This document shows positions 52,784-64,000 of a stretch of DNA of 64,000 nucleotides, piece by piece. The stretch spans positions 26,908,001 to 26,972,000 of the forward strand of contig NC_043005.1 of assembly GCF_006345805.1 (NCBI RefSeq). The letters are read 5' to 3'. This stretch comes from Octopus sinensis. Lineage: Eukaryota. The translations under genes and the position numbers were made by a program. Each line of letters starts with the position of its first letter. Position 1 is the stretch's first letter. The notes below the pieces were generated by a model, which saw only the letters and a program-made list of their open reading frames with translations, ran no database searches and was not told where the DNA came from.

Positions 52784-53027
52784 TTGTAGTAAAGATTTTT
52801 TGCCAACATAACATGGCAGTCCTGGTTTAGGATGAATGTTGCTGTAATTTAGCCCCAGCAGACATCGTCTCCAGTTGGCTATACGACACATATCGTATAG
52901 CTAGCTATAAGGACACAGATCGTGTCGTATAGCCAGCTGGATACTATATCTCCTGTGGCTAAATTACGGCAACATTCGTCCTAAACCAGGACTGCCATGT
53001 TATGTTGGCAAACAATCTTTACTACAA
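52784..53027. mobile_element. Foldback MITE, ~110-bp arms
   Basis: ttgtagtaaagatt...gccaacataacatggcagtcctggtttagga / tcctaaaccaggactgccatgttatgttggc...ctttactacaa. Confidence 0.85.
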
Positions 53028-53659
53028 CACAAAATCCTCTCTTGAAACAGAAATGTTGCTAACTTATTTACGTTCTACACAAAAATATAATAAATATACC
53101 GTATTTCCATTCTTGTAACACGAATTTTTTCCCCGTTGTTATTTTCAGCCCAACACCTTAAGTATACTGGCTGTCCTTAACAATATCTTCGTCTTACAGA
53201 AGGTGTTCTTAAGAAAAAAAATTTCCTTCATTATTTAACGTCTCCATTTTTAAGAACGTAGTTTGTGGCAGCTACAGATTTCGTAATCACATGGTTCCGC
53301 GTTCATTCCGTGTTGCACCTAGCATAGCCTCGGGCCCAACAAAGTTATGTGGAGTCTAATTAGGTATGTTAAATAGAGTTATGAGGTCTTGGTAGATGGC
53401 CGAGAAGAAAACCGAAATTTCGATATATTATTTATCAATCGGCATTTATTACGTCTTAATGTCGTAACGGAATATTCGAAAGGACATCATTACTGGACTG
53501 TGATTAAGCCATCGGTTCCCTTCGGTCCGACCGTATCTTCGGACATTCAAAAACTATATATATATTTCAGTGATATGATCTGAAATGTCAAAGTTGTACA
53601 ATGGTTGCAGTGAAAGCGTCCGTCATTGCCTAGATATTCATTGAGGCAGAACTATTTTA

Positions 53660-54100
53660 ATTACCCCTGGTTGTTACTGATATTTTAAATGACAATTTGT
53701 TATATTTACCGGAATAACTCAATGAAGTTATTTCATTCACCCGTAACGGAGTCAATAACGTCACGAGAATCACCAACCTTATGATGTTGATAAATGAGTT
53801 CATTCATCCGTGATTACTTCGGTTTCTGAGACAATCCATTGTTGAGCAATTGTTATTAATACTTTTGCATTCCGATCTATTACTTCTCAGGTAACCCTTC
53901 TTTCTATTGTTATCAGATATTCCAAACGCAAATTTGTTAAACAACACTATCTTGATGGGTGTTTTTCTTTTTTCATTCTTTTACATTTTTTTCTTTTCTT
54001 TTTATGCGTGTAAACTTTAACGATTCTGCAAACTGTAGTTTTACACCATTTTCCCCAAGCTTATCAAAAAGTAATTTCCTTCTTATGGTATCTCTGAAAT
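53660..54100 (-). pseudogene. Merlin (IS1595/ISXO2-like) transposase relic
   Basis: KLGENGVKLQFAES (cf. KLGG.G..V.IDES), DRNAKVLITIAQQWIVSETEVITDE, IDSVTGE*NNFIE (cf. FVDP.TG..TN.IE). Confidence 0.65.
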
Positions 54101-54506
54101 ATTATACCATAGTATTACTATTACACAACTGCTCCAACAAGTCCTTCTCTTCTCATTGAGTTGTTTGTGTTTCTATGTCCTATAAAATCATGAACTGTGT
54201 TATTTCAGAGATAGAAACGTTGCTGTGTTAGCCAAGTTCCCCAAATGGTTCGTTAATAGTTGCGTTGTATTTGCTCAGACAAAAGCAAGGCTTGATATGT
54301 CCAAAGTTACTCGTCCACTCTCCAGAAATGAGCAGTGCAACACCTGCAAGATCACTATCCGGAATGCTAAAGTGGTCCTTTTTTCATCGCACAACCCTCA
54401 AGCAAGATCGTCTCACAATTTGCAGCTGATCCTTTTTAATGACTTCCAAAAGAATATCCACCAGCTTTGCAGACTTGGCTTTTCCTCCACTTCCCAAATC
54501 CACACC

Positions 54507-54551
<45 letters not shown>

Positions 54552-54599
54552 AAGTGCAAAAATATTTCCCGTCGTTGCCACATGCCTTGACAATGTCCC

Positions 54600-55220
54600 T
54601 CTCAAATACTTCAGATATTACACCCCAGAGCCGACTTATATATTTGCCATCTCTGCAGGCTGTTTCCTCCTACAATCAGCTTTTCCGATCTTTGGAAACA
54701 CGCTACAATATGCCCCTTCCCAAGAAAGGCAGTTCCTATCACCCTATCATCTTACTGAATTCCCTTCCAATATCTCTAAAGAGACAGCCATTAATAATGT
54801 CCTCCTTTAACACCTTGAATCCTTCTTTCTCTCTTTATCAAGTACCATTGCGGTACGGTTTCCATAAAGCTCGATCTATAGCTCACGTGTCCTCTTACGT
54901 CATCCCCCAATGGACCTCCGCCTTAAATAAAAAGGTTTTTTAACCTCGACATAAGCAAAGCTCTCAACCGTCTCCGCCATACAGCAGCTGTATGGGCCCC
55001 ACCAGTCTCACATCTTTGTCTCAGAAGCTCACTCTTAGGTCGCTCTGTTGTGATGCGAGCTGGTAAAACCTTTCCTGTCCCTCATTCTATCTTTACTTGT
55101 GTGGCCGAGGATTCAAGTTTTGCCCCTTGCTATCTTTCTTCTCTACATCAATGACATGGTTGCTGTCATGTCCAATAATGTCCTTTCTTACACAAACGAT
55201 GTGACCCAACCGTGCATCAT
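54600..55220 (+). pseudogene. CR1/L2-like LINE reverse-transcriptase relic
   Basis: YGFHKARS.....WTSALN, and degenerate segments corresponding to GVPQGS.L.P.LFLLYIND and YTND (cf. YADD). Confidence 0.55.
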
Positions 55221-55237
55221 CCACAGGTAACCTTAAC

Positions 55238-55550
55238 TGGCATTCCGTTGCTTACGACGACGAGGGTTCCAGTTGATGCGATCAACAGAACAGCTTGCTC
55301 GTGATATTAACGTACAAGTAGCTGAGCACTCCACAGACACGTGTACCCCTTCACATACTTCTCAGGGAGATTCAGCGTGACACAGTGTGACAAGGCTGGC
55401 TCCTTGAAATACAGGTACTACTCATTGTTGTCAGCTGAGTGGACTGGAGCACCGTGAAATAAAGTGTCTTGCTCAAGGACACAACGCGTCGCCGGGGATC
55501 GAACTCGCGTCCCTACGATCGAAAGCCGAATACCCTAACCACTTCACATG
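55238..55550 (-). mobile_element. SINE family A
   Basis: Reverse complement match to 53-368. Confidence 0.8.
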
Positions 55551-55624
55551 CAACCTTAACACCAAATGTCAAACCCACTCCAGTTTCATGAACAGAAACC
55601 TCAAAAGCATCCTCCAGTAATACA

Positions 55625-56228
55625 CTCTTTTACTCTTTTTACTCTTTTACTTGTTTCAGTCATTTGACTGCGGCCATGCTGGAGTACCGCCTTTAGTCGA
55701 GCAAATCTACCCCAGGATTTATTCTTTGTAAGGCTAGTACTTATTTTATCGGTGTCTTTTGCCGAACCGCTAAGTTACGGGGACATAAACACACCAGCAT
55801 CGGTTGTCAAGTGATGGTGGGTGGGGTGGGGCAAACACACAAACATATACACACACATACATATATATGCATATATACGACGGGATTCTTTCAGATTCCG
55901 TCTACCAAATCCACTCACAAGGCTTTAGTCGGTCCGTGGCTATAGTAGAAGACACTTGCCCAAAGTACCACGCAGTGGGACTGAACCCGGAACCATGTGG
56001 TTGGTAAGCAAGCTACATACCACACAGCCACTCCTATGTACACACATACATATATATACATATATACGACGGGATTCTTTCAGTTTCCGTCTACCAAATC
56101 CACTCACAAGGCTTTAGTCGGTCCGAGGCTACAGTAGAAGACACTTGCCCAAAGTACCACGCAGTGGGACTGAACCCGGAACCATGTGGTTGGTAAGCAA
56201 GCTACTTACCACACAGCCACTCCTGCGC
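55625..56228 (-). mobile_element. SINE family B with tandemly duplicated 5' half
   Basis: 55878-56037 and 56067-56226 are near-identical. Confidence 0.85.
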
Positions 56229-56455
56229 ACACACGTTTTTGTTAAGTGCTTAACCACGTGCATGTTAATTTCACGAGCGAGCTGTTCCGTTGATCGGATC
56301 AGCTGAAACACTCATCGTCGTAACCGACGGAGTGCCAGTGTGTATGTGTGATTGTGTGTGAGTGTGTGAATGATTGTGTGACTGAATGTATGTGTGTAGG
56401 ACAATGTGTTTGTGCGTGCGCACGCGTGTGCGTGTATGTATGTGTGTGCACAAAG

Positions 56456-56600
56456 GTAGCTAGAGAGTGTGAGACCCGAGGCGGTCCTTCCATTTTTGCC
56501 GCCCCTGGACCCCTCACAAAGCACACATTGCCTACAGCAGACCCAAAATTGACACACCTTTAAAAGTGCCGCCCGGGGCGGACCGCCCCACTCTAGCTAC
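56456..56600. mobile_element. Small DNA-transposon MITE relic
   Basis: Inverted ends gtagctagag / ctctagctac; internal gccgcccggggcggaccgcccc. Confidence 0.4.
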
Positions 56601-56614
56601 GTTAGTGTGTGTGT

Positions 56615-56653
<39 letters not shown>

Positions 56654-57296
56654 GGAGAGACTGCGTGTGTTTGATTGTTCTCTTGGCTTCTGTAAGTCAA
56701 ATTTTTTGAGGGAAGCTCTCGTCTCTACGATGTAACCCTAAAGGCAAGATCGCTGCTTTAGAGCCGAGACAACTGGGCGCCAGTGACATTGCAAATATCG
56801 TTGGCAGAAACCAAAGGAGCCGACACCGATACTACAAAGCATCTCGTTCGACCCCACCCAACAATTTCGTCAATCTACCCGCCTGGACTGATTCATTTTT
56901 ATTGACCTCGAAAGGATGAAAAGCAGAGACGACCTCGGCAGAATTTGAACTCAGGGCGAAGAGAATCAGAACAAATTGGCTCAGTTAATTTACTGCCTTG
57001 AGTTAATCGTAAATAAATATCACCATTAATGCGTTGGATACGTATATTTACATTCTTCGCTAATGTATTTTTTTTTAATATACCAAAGAGTAAAATATCC
57101 ATGGCATGTGAGAGGCGTCAACCGTGTTACGCGAACTTGGGTGTTTATATACGAATATACGAATATACACGTGAAGGCCAATCAAGGGCGCACAAGGACC
57201 TGCGTATGCGTGTGTGTACAAATATATATATATGTATGTGTGTGTATGTATGTATATATGTATGTATGCATGTAAGTGTATGCGTGTGCATGTATG

Positions 57297-57328
<32 letters not shown>

Positions 57329-57994
57329 AGCATGTATATGTACACGTGAAAGCCTGTACGACAGTTTAGTACGTGTGTGTGTGTGTGTGTATGTATGCGC
57401 GTGCATTTGAGTCTGTGTGTGTATTTGTATGTGTGTGTGTGCGCGCGCGCGGTTTTTTGGGTGTGTGATCGCGAGTGCGCGCATGCGATTTGTGTGTGCG
57501 CGCGTCCGCGTTTGTATGTGTGTCTGTGTATGCGCGTTTGTGTGTGTGTATATGTTTGTTTGTGTATGTGTACGTGCATTTGTGTGTGCGTGTGTGTGTG
57601 TGTGTACATTTGTGTATGTGTGCTTTTTGTGTGTGTATGGGCGCGTGTGTGTGTGCCTATGTACGAAAATACGAATATACAAACAGACAGACAGGTAGAC
57701 AGACAGGTAGACACGTGAATGCCGGCACCACAGTCTAAAATTCTGAAACGTTTTGTACTGAAAAACTAGAGAGAGAGAGAGTGAGGTACGGGAGGAGAGA
57801 AACAAGCAGACAAAGAGAGTGACCCCGCACTCCCACACATTGATGTAAGCATACGATGTGTAATGTATACCCAATCACAACCATGCGTTGTAATATATAG
57901 ATACAATTCTAATCTATGCAGCTATAATATATATTCATTCAAAATAGTTGCTTCAATATACAGCCAGCCAGCCAACCAGCCATACATACATACA

Positions 57995-58030
<36 letters not shown>

Positions 58031-58218
58031 TATACATATATATATATACGTATGGGGTTTTGATATATGTAATTGCAATGTAAAAGAATGTCGCAATCGT
58101 AAGTATAGTCGTGTTTTCGAACGAAACAGAAATGGTAAGACGAAATAGAAATAGACTTCAACTAATATGGACTAATACGTGCATGCACACAAACGTGTCT
58201 ATGTGTAAGTGTGTGTGT

Positions 58219-58284
<66 letters not shown>

Positions 58285-58423
58285 GACAGAGAGAAAGAGT
58301 TAAGGGCGAAATTTCGAAGTAAACAGTCATTATTAAACATTATTTCGACTCCAACAACAGTATTTGAATCCATTCACCTCAAGTTTGATGTAGCAATCGC
58401 ACAAATTAATTAATGAGTAAAAT

Positions 58424-58516
<93 letters not shown>

Positions 58517-60269
58517 GTAGGTAGGTAGATGATATATTTCGAAAATAACATTAACGTTCACATACGCATACACATAAACATACTAGATACAAAATTTTGC
58601 AATGGATGCTAAATTCTTAGGGTCAACAACCAAACGAAAAAGCATGAATGAAAATTTTACACCGCTCGTTATGACGAAATATCTTAACATCACGTGATAG
58701 TCTTTTTGCTTTTCATTCATAAATACCAACATTCAAGAGATCAGGCCGTACACCCGTATCATGGACTCGCATACAAATGCTTCATACATGTGTATGTCAC
58801 ATGTCTATGCCTGTATGCATGTATGTTTGCTTGCTTCTAACAGTAATAATTTCTTGTAGCAACAGCTTGAGTACGGCCTCGCCTTGTTACTCACCATCTA
58901 CTGCAGGGGTCCCTCAAATTTTTAAACCCCTTCATTGAATCCTTGACCTCTCGTCGATCCCCGGGCAAAATAAATAATAATAATAATTATAATTATAATT
59001 AAGCAGGTGTGCATTTATCGACTCCTTGAATAGTTCCATCGACCCTCGAGGGTAGATATTGACTACTTTGGAGAAGTGTAATGATCAACCGTGGTATAAA
59101 ACTATCAACAAAAACGTAGCGTGCAGTAGTATTATCTTGGCTGTTGTATTCTGTCGAGATCTGCATACTATAACAATATTAAAACGTTGATCAATTGCCT
59201 ATTATGCCATTCAAGAAATGTAATGAACATTTATTTCTAAGACCACACTAATTCAAGTGGCTTGTAGTGTCCATCCTGCTTGAATCACAGTTGTACCGAG
59301 TGGGACGCGCCGTAATTCGTGTATGAAGGACACAAGAATCTCCAAAACCGTTTTGTATAATATAACGGGATGGACTACAGAAGCCATAGAAGAAGGCAGC
59401 CGAAACTATTATAATGATGTGATAAGGTGACAGACAATTCAATGAAACGGATCGCCTTATTACGGCTGCGTGATCAAAGACAACGATCGGTCATAAACAA
59501 CAGCGGAGAGCTACAACAGAAGGCGTAAAAGATGGAGAGACGAAACAGACGAAACGAGAAGGCGAGAGGGAATCAGCTAGAGTGAAATGCATTTTATCTG
59601 GTCTGCCTGTAACGTTCTGTGGCTTCTATGGGTATATATGTACTAGTACCTTTGGTTTACATTTCCATAGAAGAGCAAAATATCATTGACAGAATTTGTT
59701 TTTAAAACGTGTCTTTCTGCTCCTATTTCAAACTTGATCGCATGGGACGGCCAAGATTGGCGGAAGGGGAAGGGGAGAGAGTAAGAGCGAGAAAGAGCGC
59801 GAAAGAGCGGGACAGTGCAGGAAAGAGCGGGACAGGGCGGGACAGAGCGGAAAAGAGAGAGCAAATACATATATGCACCTTTGATAATACACATACTAAC
59901 TCTTCTCAATCGAGACGTAACTCAGGAAAGGTCTCCAACACGAATATCTAGAAGTAATTGTAAATAATTTGGGACCGAAATATCAATCTTTACTGAGAGA
60001 AGACAAAAGTTTATAAAACCAAATAGAGCAAAGTGCTTCGTTACATCATTTTAAAGAAAATATGATTGGTTTTAGGTTATGAAGCTTTTTCTTTCTTTCT
60101 TTTGCTCCTCGTTTATATGTATGAATGCATGCATGCATCCATCCATCCATCCATCCATCCATCCATCCATCCATTCATCCATTCATCCATCCATCCATTC
60201 ATCCATCCATCCATCCATCCATCCATCCATCCATCCATCCATCCATCCATACATACATACATACATACA

Positions 60270-60640
60270 CGTCTTTTATCTTTCACTTGTATCAGTCATT
60301 AGACTGCGGCCAGATTAGGGCGACGCCTTGAAGGGTTTTTTTTTTTTTTGTCGGACGAATCGGCCCCAGTAAGCCTGGTTTATCTATCGGCCTCTTTTGC
60401 CGAACTGCTAAGTTACGGGGACATAAAAGCACCAATATCGTTTGTCAAACGTGGGTGGGGGACAAACACGCACACACACACACACATACGAATGTTTATA
60501 TACGACGGGCCTCTTTTCAGTTTCCGTCAACCAAATCCGGTCACAAGGCTTTGGTCGGCCCAAAGTGTCACGCAGCGGGACTGAACTCGGAACCGTGTGG
60601 TTGAGAAGCAAGCTTCTCACCACACAGCCACTCCTGTGCC
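60270..60640 (-). mobile_element. SINE family B, full length
   Basis: Reverse complement match to consensus of other copies. Confidence 0.85.
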
Positions 60641-61289
60641 TATATACATACATACATATATACATTTATACATACACATACACACACACACACGATCATA
60701 TATATATACGGTGTGCGTATGTTTGTGCATGTAGCTCGTATTACAACCACGTGCTTTCGGATTCGGCCCCACTGCACGGTACCTTGCGCAAGTGTCTTCT
60801 ACTGTAGCCCCGAGTCGATTAAAACCTTGTAAGTCGATTCGGAAGGACGGGAACTGTTAAAACCCGTCGTGTGTATATACATACACATATATACAAACGC
60901 GTATGAGAGATCGTCTTGAATGACGTAATTGATAGTTGATAACCGTCTTAATATGTCACGTTACAGTATTAGAGTGTATTAGATCTTGGCATCGTACAAC
61001 AGTCAATATAGTACTACTAATACCACTGCTGCAGCTTGCTATCTTTGGTACTTTGTTGACAGCCTTATGTCTCGTTTCTACAGCTGAATCATTGAACTTT
61101 CTGGAAACAACCCCAGCAGCCTCAGGGCAGCAGAGTCAATACCGAACCCAGGCAGTTCTCTCTAGAAATTATACTGTATATATATATGTAAAAAAACATC
61201 ACATCTCAGTCAGAGCATTGATATAGATGTCCATATACATAACAACAAGAACAACAACAACAACCAAGGCAACAACAGCAACGACGGTA

Positions 61290-61322
<33 letters not shown>

Positions 61323-61500
61323 CCAATGAAAAGTCATTAGACGAAAGCTGATTGGTTGGAATTGAACATTACGTCAGAATTCGGAGCTGTAATACAGCAC
61401 CAGCTGAGTGAATATGTGTGCATACATATACAAATACACAGCAACAAACACACAGATACAGACAATATATCTGTGTGTGTGTGTGTGTATGTGTGTGTGT

Positions 61501-61541
<41 letters not shown>

Positions 61542-61559
61542 TGTGTGTGTGTGTGTGTA

Positions 61560-61590
<31 letters not shown>

Positions 61591-61663
61591 TGTGTATAGA
61601 TAAGTGCCAATGGACGAAACTCTCGGCTCTTGGGTCACCCGGAAACTTCTGCTCAATAATAAT

Positions 61664-61807
61664 AGGAGTGGCTGTGTGGTAAGTAGTTTGCTTACCAACA
61701 ACATGGTTCCAGGTTCAGCACCTTGGGTAAGTGTCTTCTACTATAGCTTCAGGCCGACCAAAGCCTTATGAGTGGATTTGGTAGACGGGAACTAAAAGAA
61801 CCCTGTC

Positions 61808-61810
<3 letters not shown>
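61664..61810 (+). mobile_element. SINE family B, 5' half
   Basis: aggagtggctgtgtggtaag...ggatttggtagacggg. Confidence 0.8.
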
Positions 61811-61842
<32 letters not shown>

Positions 61843-61991
61843 CCATCAACATTTTCGTTGGAGTCATAGGAGTGCCATTGAATCGTATGTCATTTGTTGG
61901 ACATTTTTAGACTCAATAGATCCCATTCCTTTCCGGGTTCGGCCACACCTGATTTCTTCTAGGACAGACCGACAGACCGACGGAAAGATAA

Positions 61992-62035
<44 letters not shown>

Positions 62036-62278
62036 AGGAAAGAAAGAGAGAAAAATTCATCTCGCGTACACAATTGGTACTTTATTTATCGACTCTGAGA
62101 TTGAAATGCAAAGCTGATTCCGGCAGGATTCGAAATAAAAGCCCAGAGGGCTGTATCTCTGCGTGTGTGTGTGTTGTGTGCGTGTGTGTGTGTGTGTGTG
62201 CGTGTACATATATATATATATGCACACACATATGTACATACATATATACATACATACATACATACATACATACATACA

Positions 62279-62314
<36 letters not shown>

Positions 62315-63044
62315 TATATAATATTAATTAGAGACAAAACCACTATTTTGCAAATCAAACAAAGAAAGACTTAATCCAATACATAAAAAATTTAATATAA
62401 ATTAAATAAAATTAAATTCGCCACTACAATTGTTCAAGGGAAATTATGGAAGAAATGAGTGAGATGGTATTTATGATGGAATCACACACAAGTTGGAATG
62501 AGAGAACAGTAAATTAATATAAAGATCCACACGGCGTATGTCTGTCTGTCTGTCTTTCTGTCTGTCTGTGTTTGTCGTGACTAAAATCTAATGGTTGGCA
62601 TTTTTACCAATGGCGTCATCACTACAGGTACCACGTGATAGCTTCTCTTTTCATTCACAAACGTAATAATAATAATTTATTACTATCATTGTAGATGCAT
62701 GTGCGCATGCACAAACACACACACACACACACACATACATAACTGCGTGTGCCTTGGTGTGTGTATGTATATATACACGTCGTACATACACAAATACATT
62801 CAGCTGGTGCTGTATTACAACTCAGGTTTCTGATGTAATGATTAGATTTAACCAATCAGCTTGTTTCTTTGGTAAATAACTTTTGGCTGGTGTTGTTGTT
62901 GTTGTTGTTGTTGTCCTTGTTATTGTTGTTGTTGTTGTCGTCGTCGTCGTTGTTGTTGTTGTTTTACAAAGGTATGACGTCATTCCAATGACAATGCTCG
63001 TACAGCTACTATTAAGAACGGTGGCGGAGAGGTTATCGCAATGA

Positions 63045-63059
63045 TAATGATGATGATGA

Positions 63060-63116
<57 letters not shown>

Positions 63117-63183
63117 CAGCAGCAGCAGCAGCAGCAGTACTAGTAGTAGTAGTAGCAACAGCAGCAGTACTAGTAGTAGTAGT

Positions 63184-63253
<70 letters not shown>

Positions 63254-63255
63254 AA
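63045..63255. repeat. (AGT)n/(AGC)n trinucleotide repeat
   Basis: Direct inspection. Confidence 0.95.
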
Positions 63256-63839
63256 TATGATGTGATAAATAGAGAGGAGGAGGAAGGGAGCGGGAGAAAT
63301 TGAGAGCTAAAGTGATAGAGAGGAGAGAAAGGGACGAGAGAGAGAGAAAGAGATTCTATAGAGGAGAGAGGAAGAGAGAGATGGTATAGTGAAGAGAGGG
63401 AGGAAGAAAGAAACTGTAAAGAGGAAAGACAGAGGAAGGGAGAGATGGCGTAAAAGGAGAGAGGGAAAAGAAAGGAATAGTGTCGGTGGGGAGAGAGAGA
63501 GAGAGAGGGAGAGGGGAAACAGAGATGATGTATAGAAGTGAGAAAGAGAGAAAACGAGCAGAGACAACGAGACTGACGCTACATTAACAAAACAGCTAGT
63601 GTTTAAACAACAACAACAACAACAATCCTTTCTATTATAGACATAGGGTCTGAAATTTTGGGGTGGAGATTAGTCAATTATATCGACCCCAGTGCGCAAC
63701 TGGTACTAACTTTATCGACCCTTCAAAGAACTTAATTGAATGGATTCACGATGAAGCTGTACTTAACAAAGTTAAATTTCGGATATTCCCTTAAATTTAG
63801 ATGCGAATGAATTTTGCCCTTGCCGAAATATATATAAAA

Positions 63840-64000
63840 TGAGTATTTAGAAAAAAAACAAAACAAAAGACGATGACGGGTGTGTAAACAGCAAACAGAT
63901 GTATTAGTTTAACGCTCGAGAAGTGAGAATGTCTTTTACGTTTCGAGCCTACGCTCTTCGATAGAAAGGAACACAGAAATAAACAGGGAGAGAAAATAGA
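63840..64000 (-). mobile_element. Penelope-LTR-like repeat with hammerhead-like motif (63933-63968); runs off the window
   Basis: Minus strand cttt-CTATCGA-A-GAGC(gtag)GCTC-GAAAC-GT-A-aaag; homologous to 41826-41965. Confidence 0.6.

Noticed and set aside
53983-54096. Apparent terminal host exon DTIRRKLLFDKLGENGVKLQFAES...
   Set aside because: Better explained as part of the Merlin transposase relic.
59384-59415. tagaagaaggcagccgaaac hammerhead-like motif
   Set aside because: CUGA is not present, there is no GUH triplet and loop II is too short; likely chance.

Overview
AT-rich, microsatellite-saturated metazoan genomic DNA. The SINE families and repeat landscape suggest an octopus (coleoid cephalopod); this is inference, not a database match. 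There is no rRNA, true tRNA gene or CRISPR array, and no confidently identifiable host gene, only a few candidate exons. Almost all ORFs in the supplied track are repeat artefacts. Main contents: (1) A full-length ~6.2 kb Tx1-clade (L1-like) non-LTR retrotransposon on the minus strand (7098-13298; ORF1 with a CCHC knuckle, ORF2 with APE endonuclease, RT and CCHC). It and three 5'-truncated stubs all abut (GATA)n tracts, pointing to microsatellite-targeted integration. (2) A tRNA-headed short retroposon carrying a minimal type-I hammerhead ribozyme in its tail (32093-32444, plus a head-to-head inverted pair at 40634-41299). This is a Penelope-like signature and is the best candidate for an undescribed system. 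(3) A SINE subfamily whose ~50-nt tail aligns to the Tx1 3' end. (4) Further hammerhead-like relics, a Penelope GIY-YIG relic, and RLE-LINE, CR1/L2, Merlin and Chapaev-like relics. (5) Helitron ends, foldback MITEs and many SINE copies of three families. All alignments and folds were done by eye; coordinates of degenerate elements are approximate.
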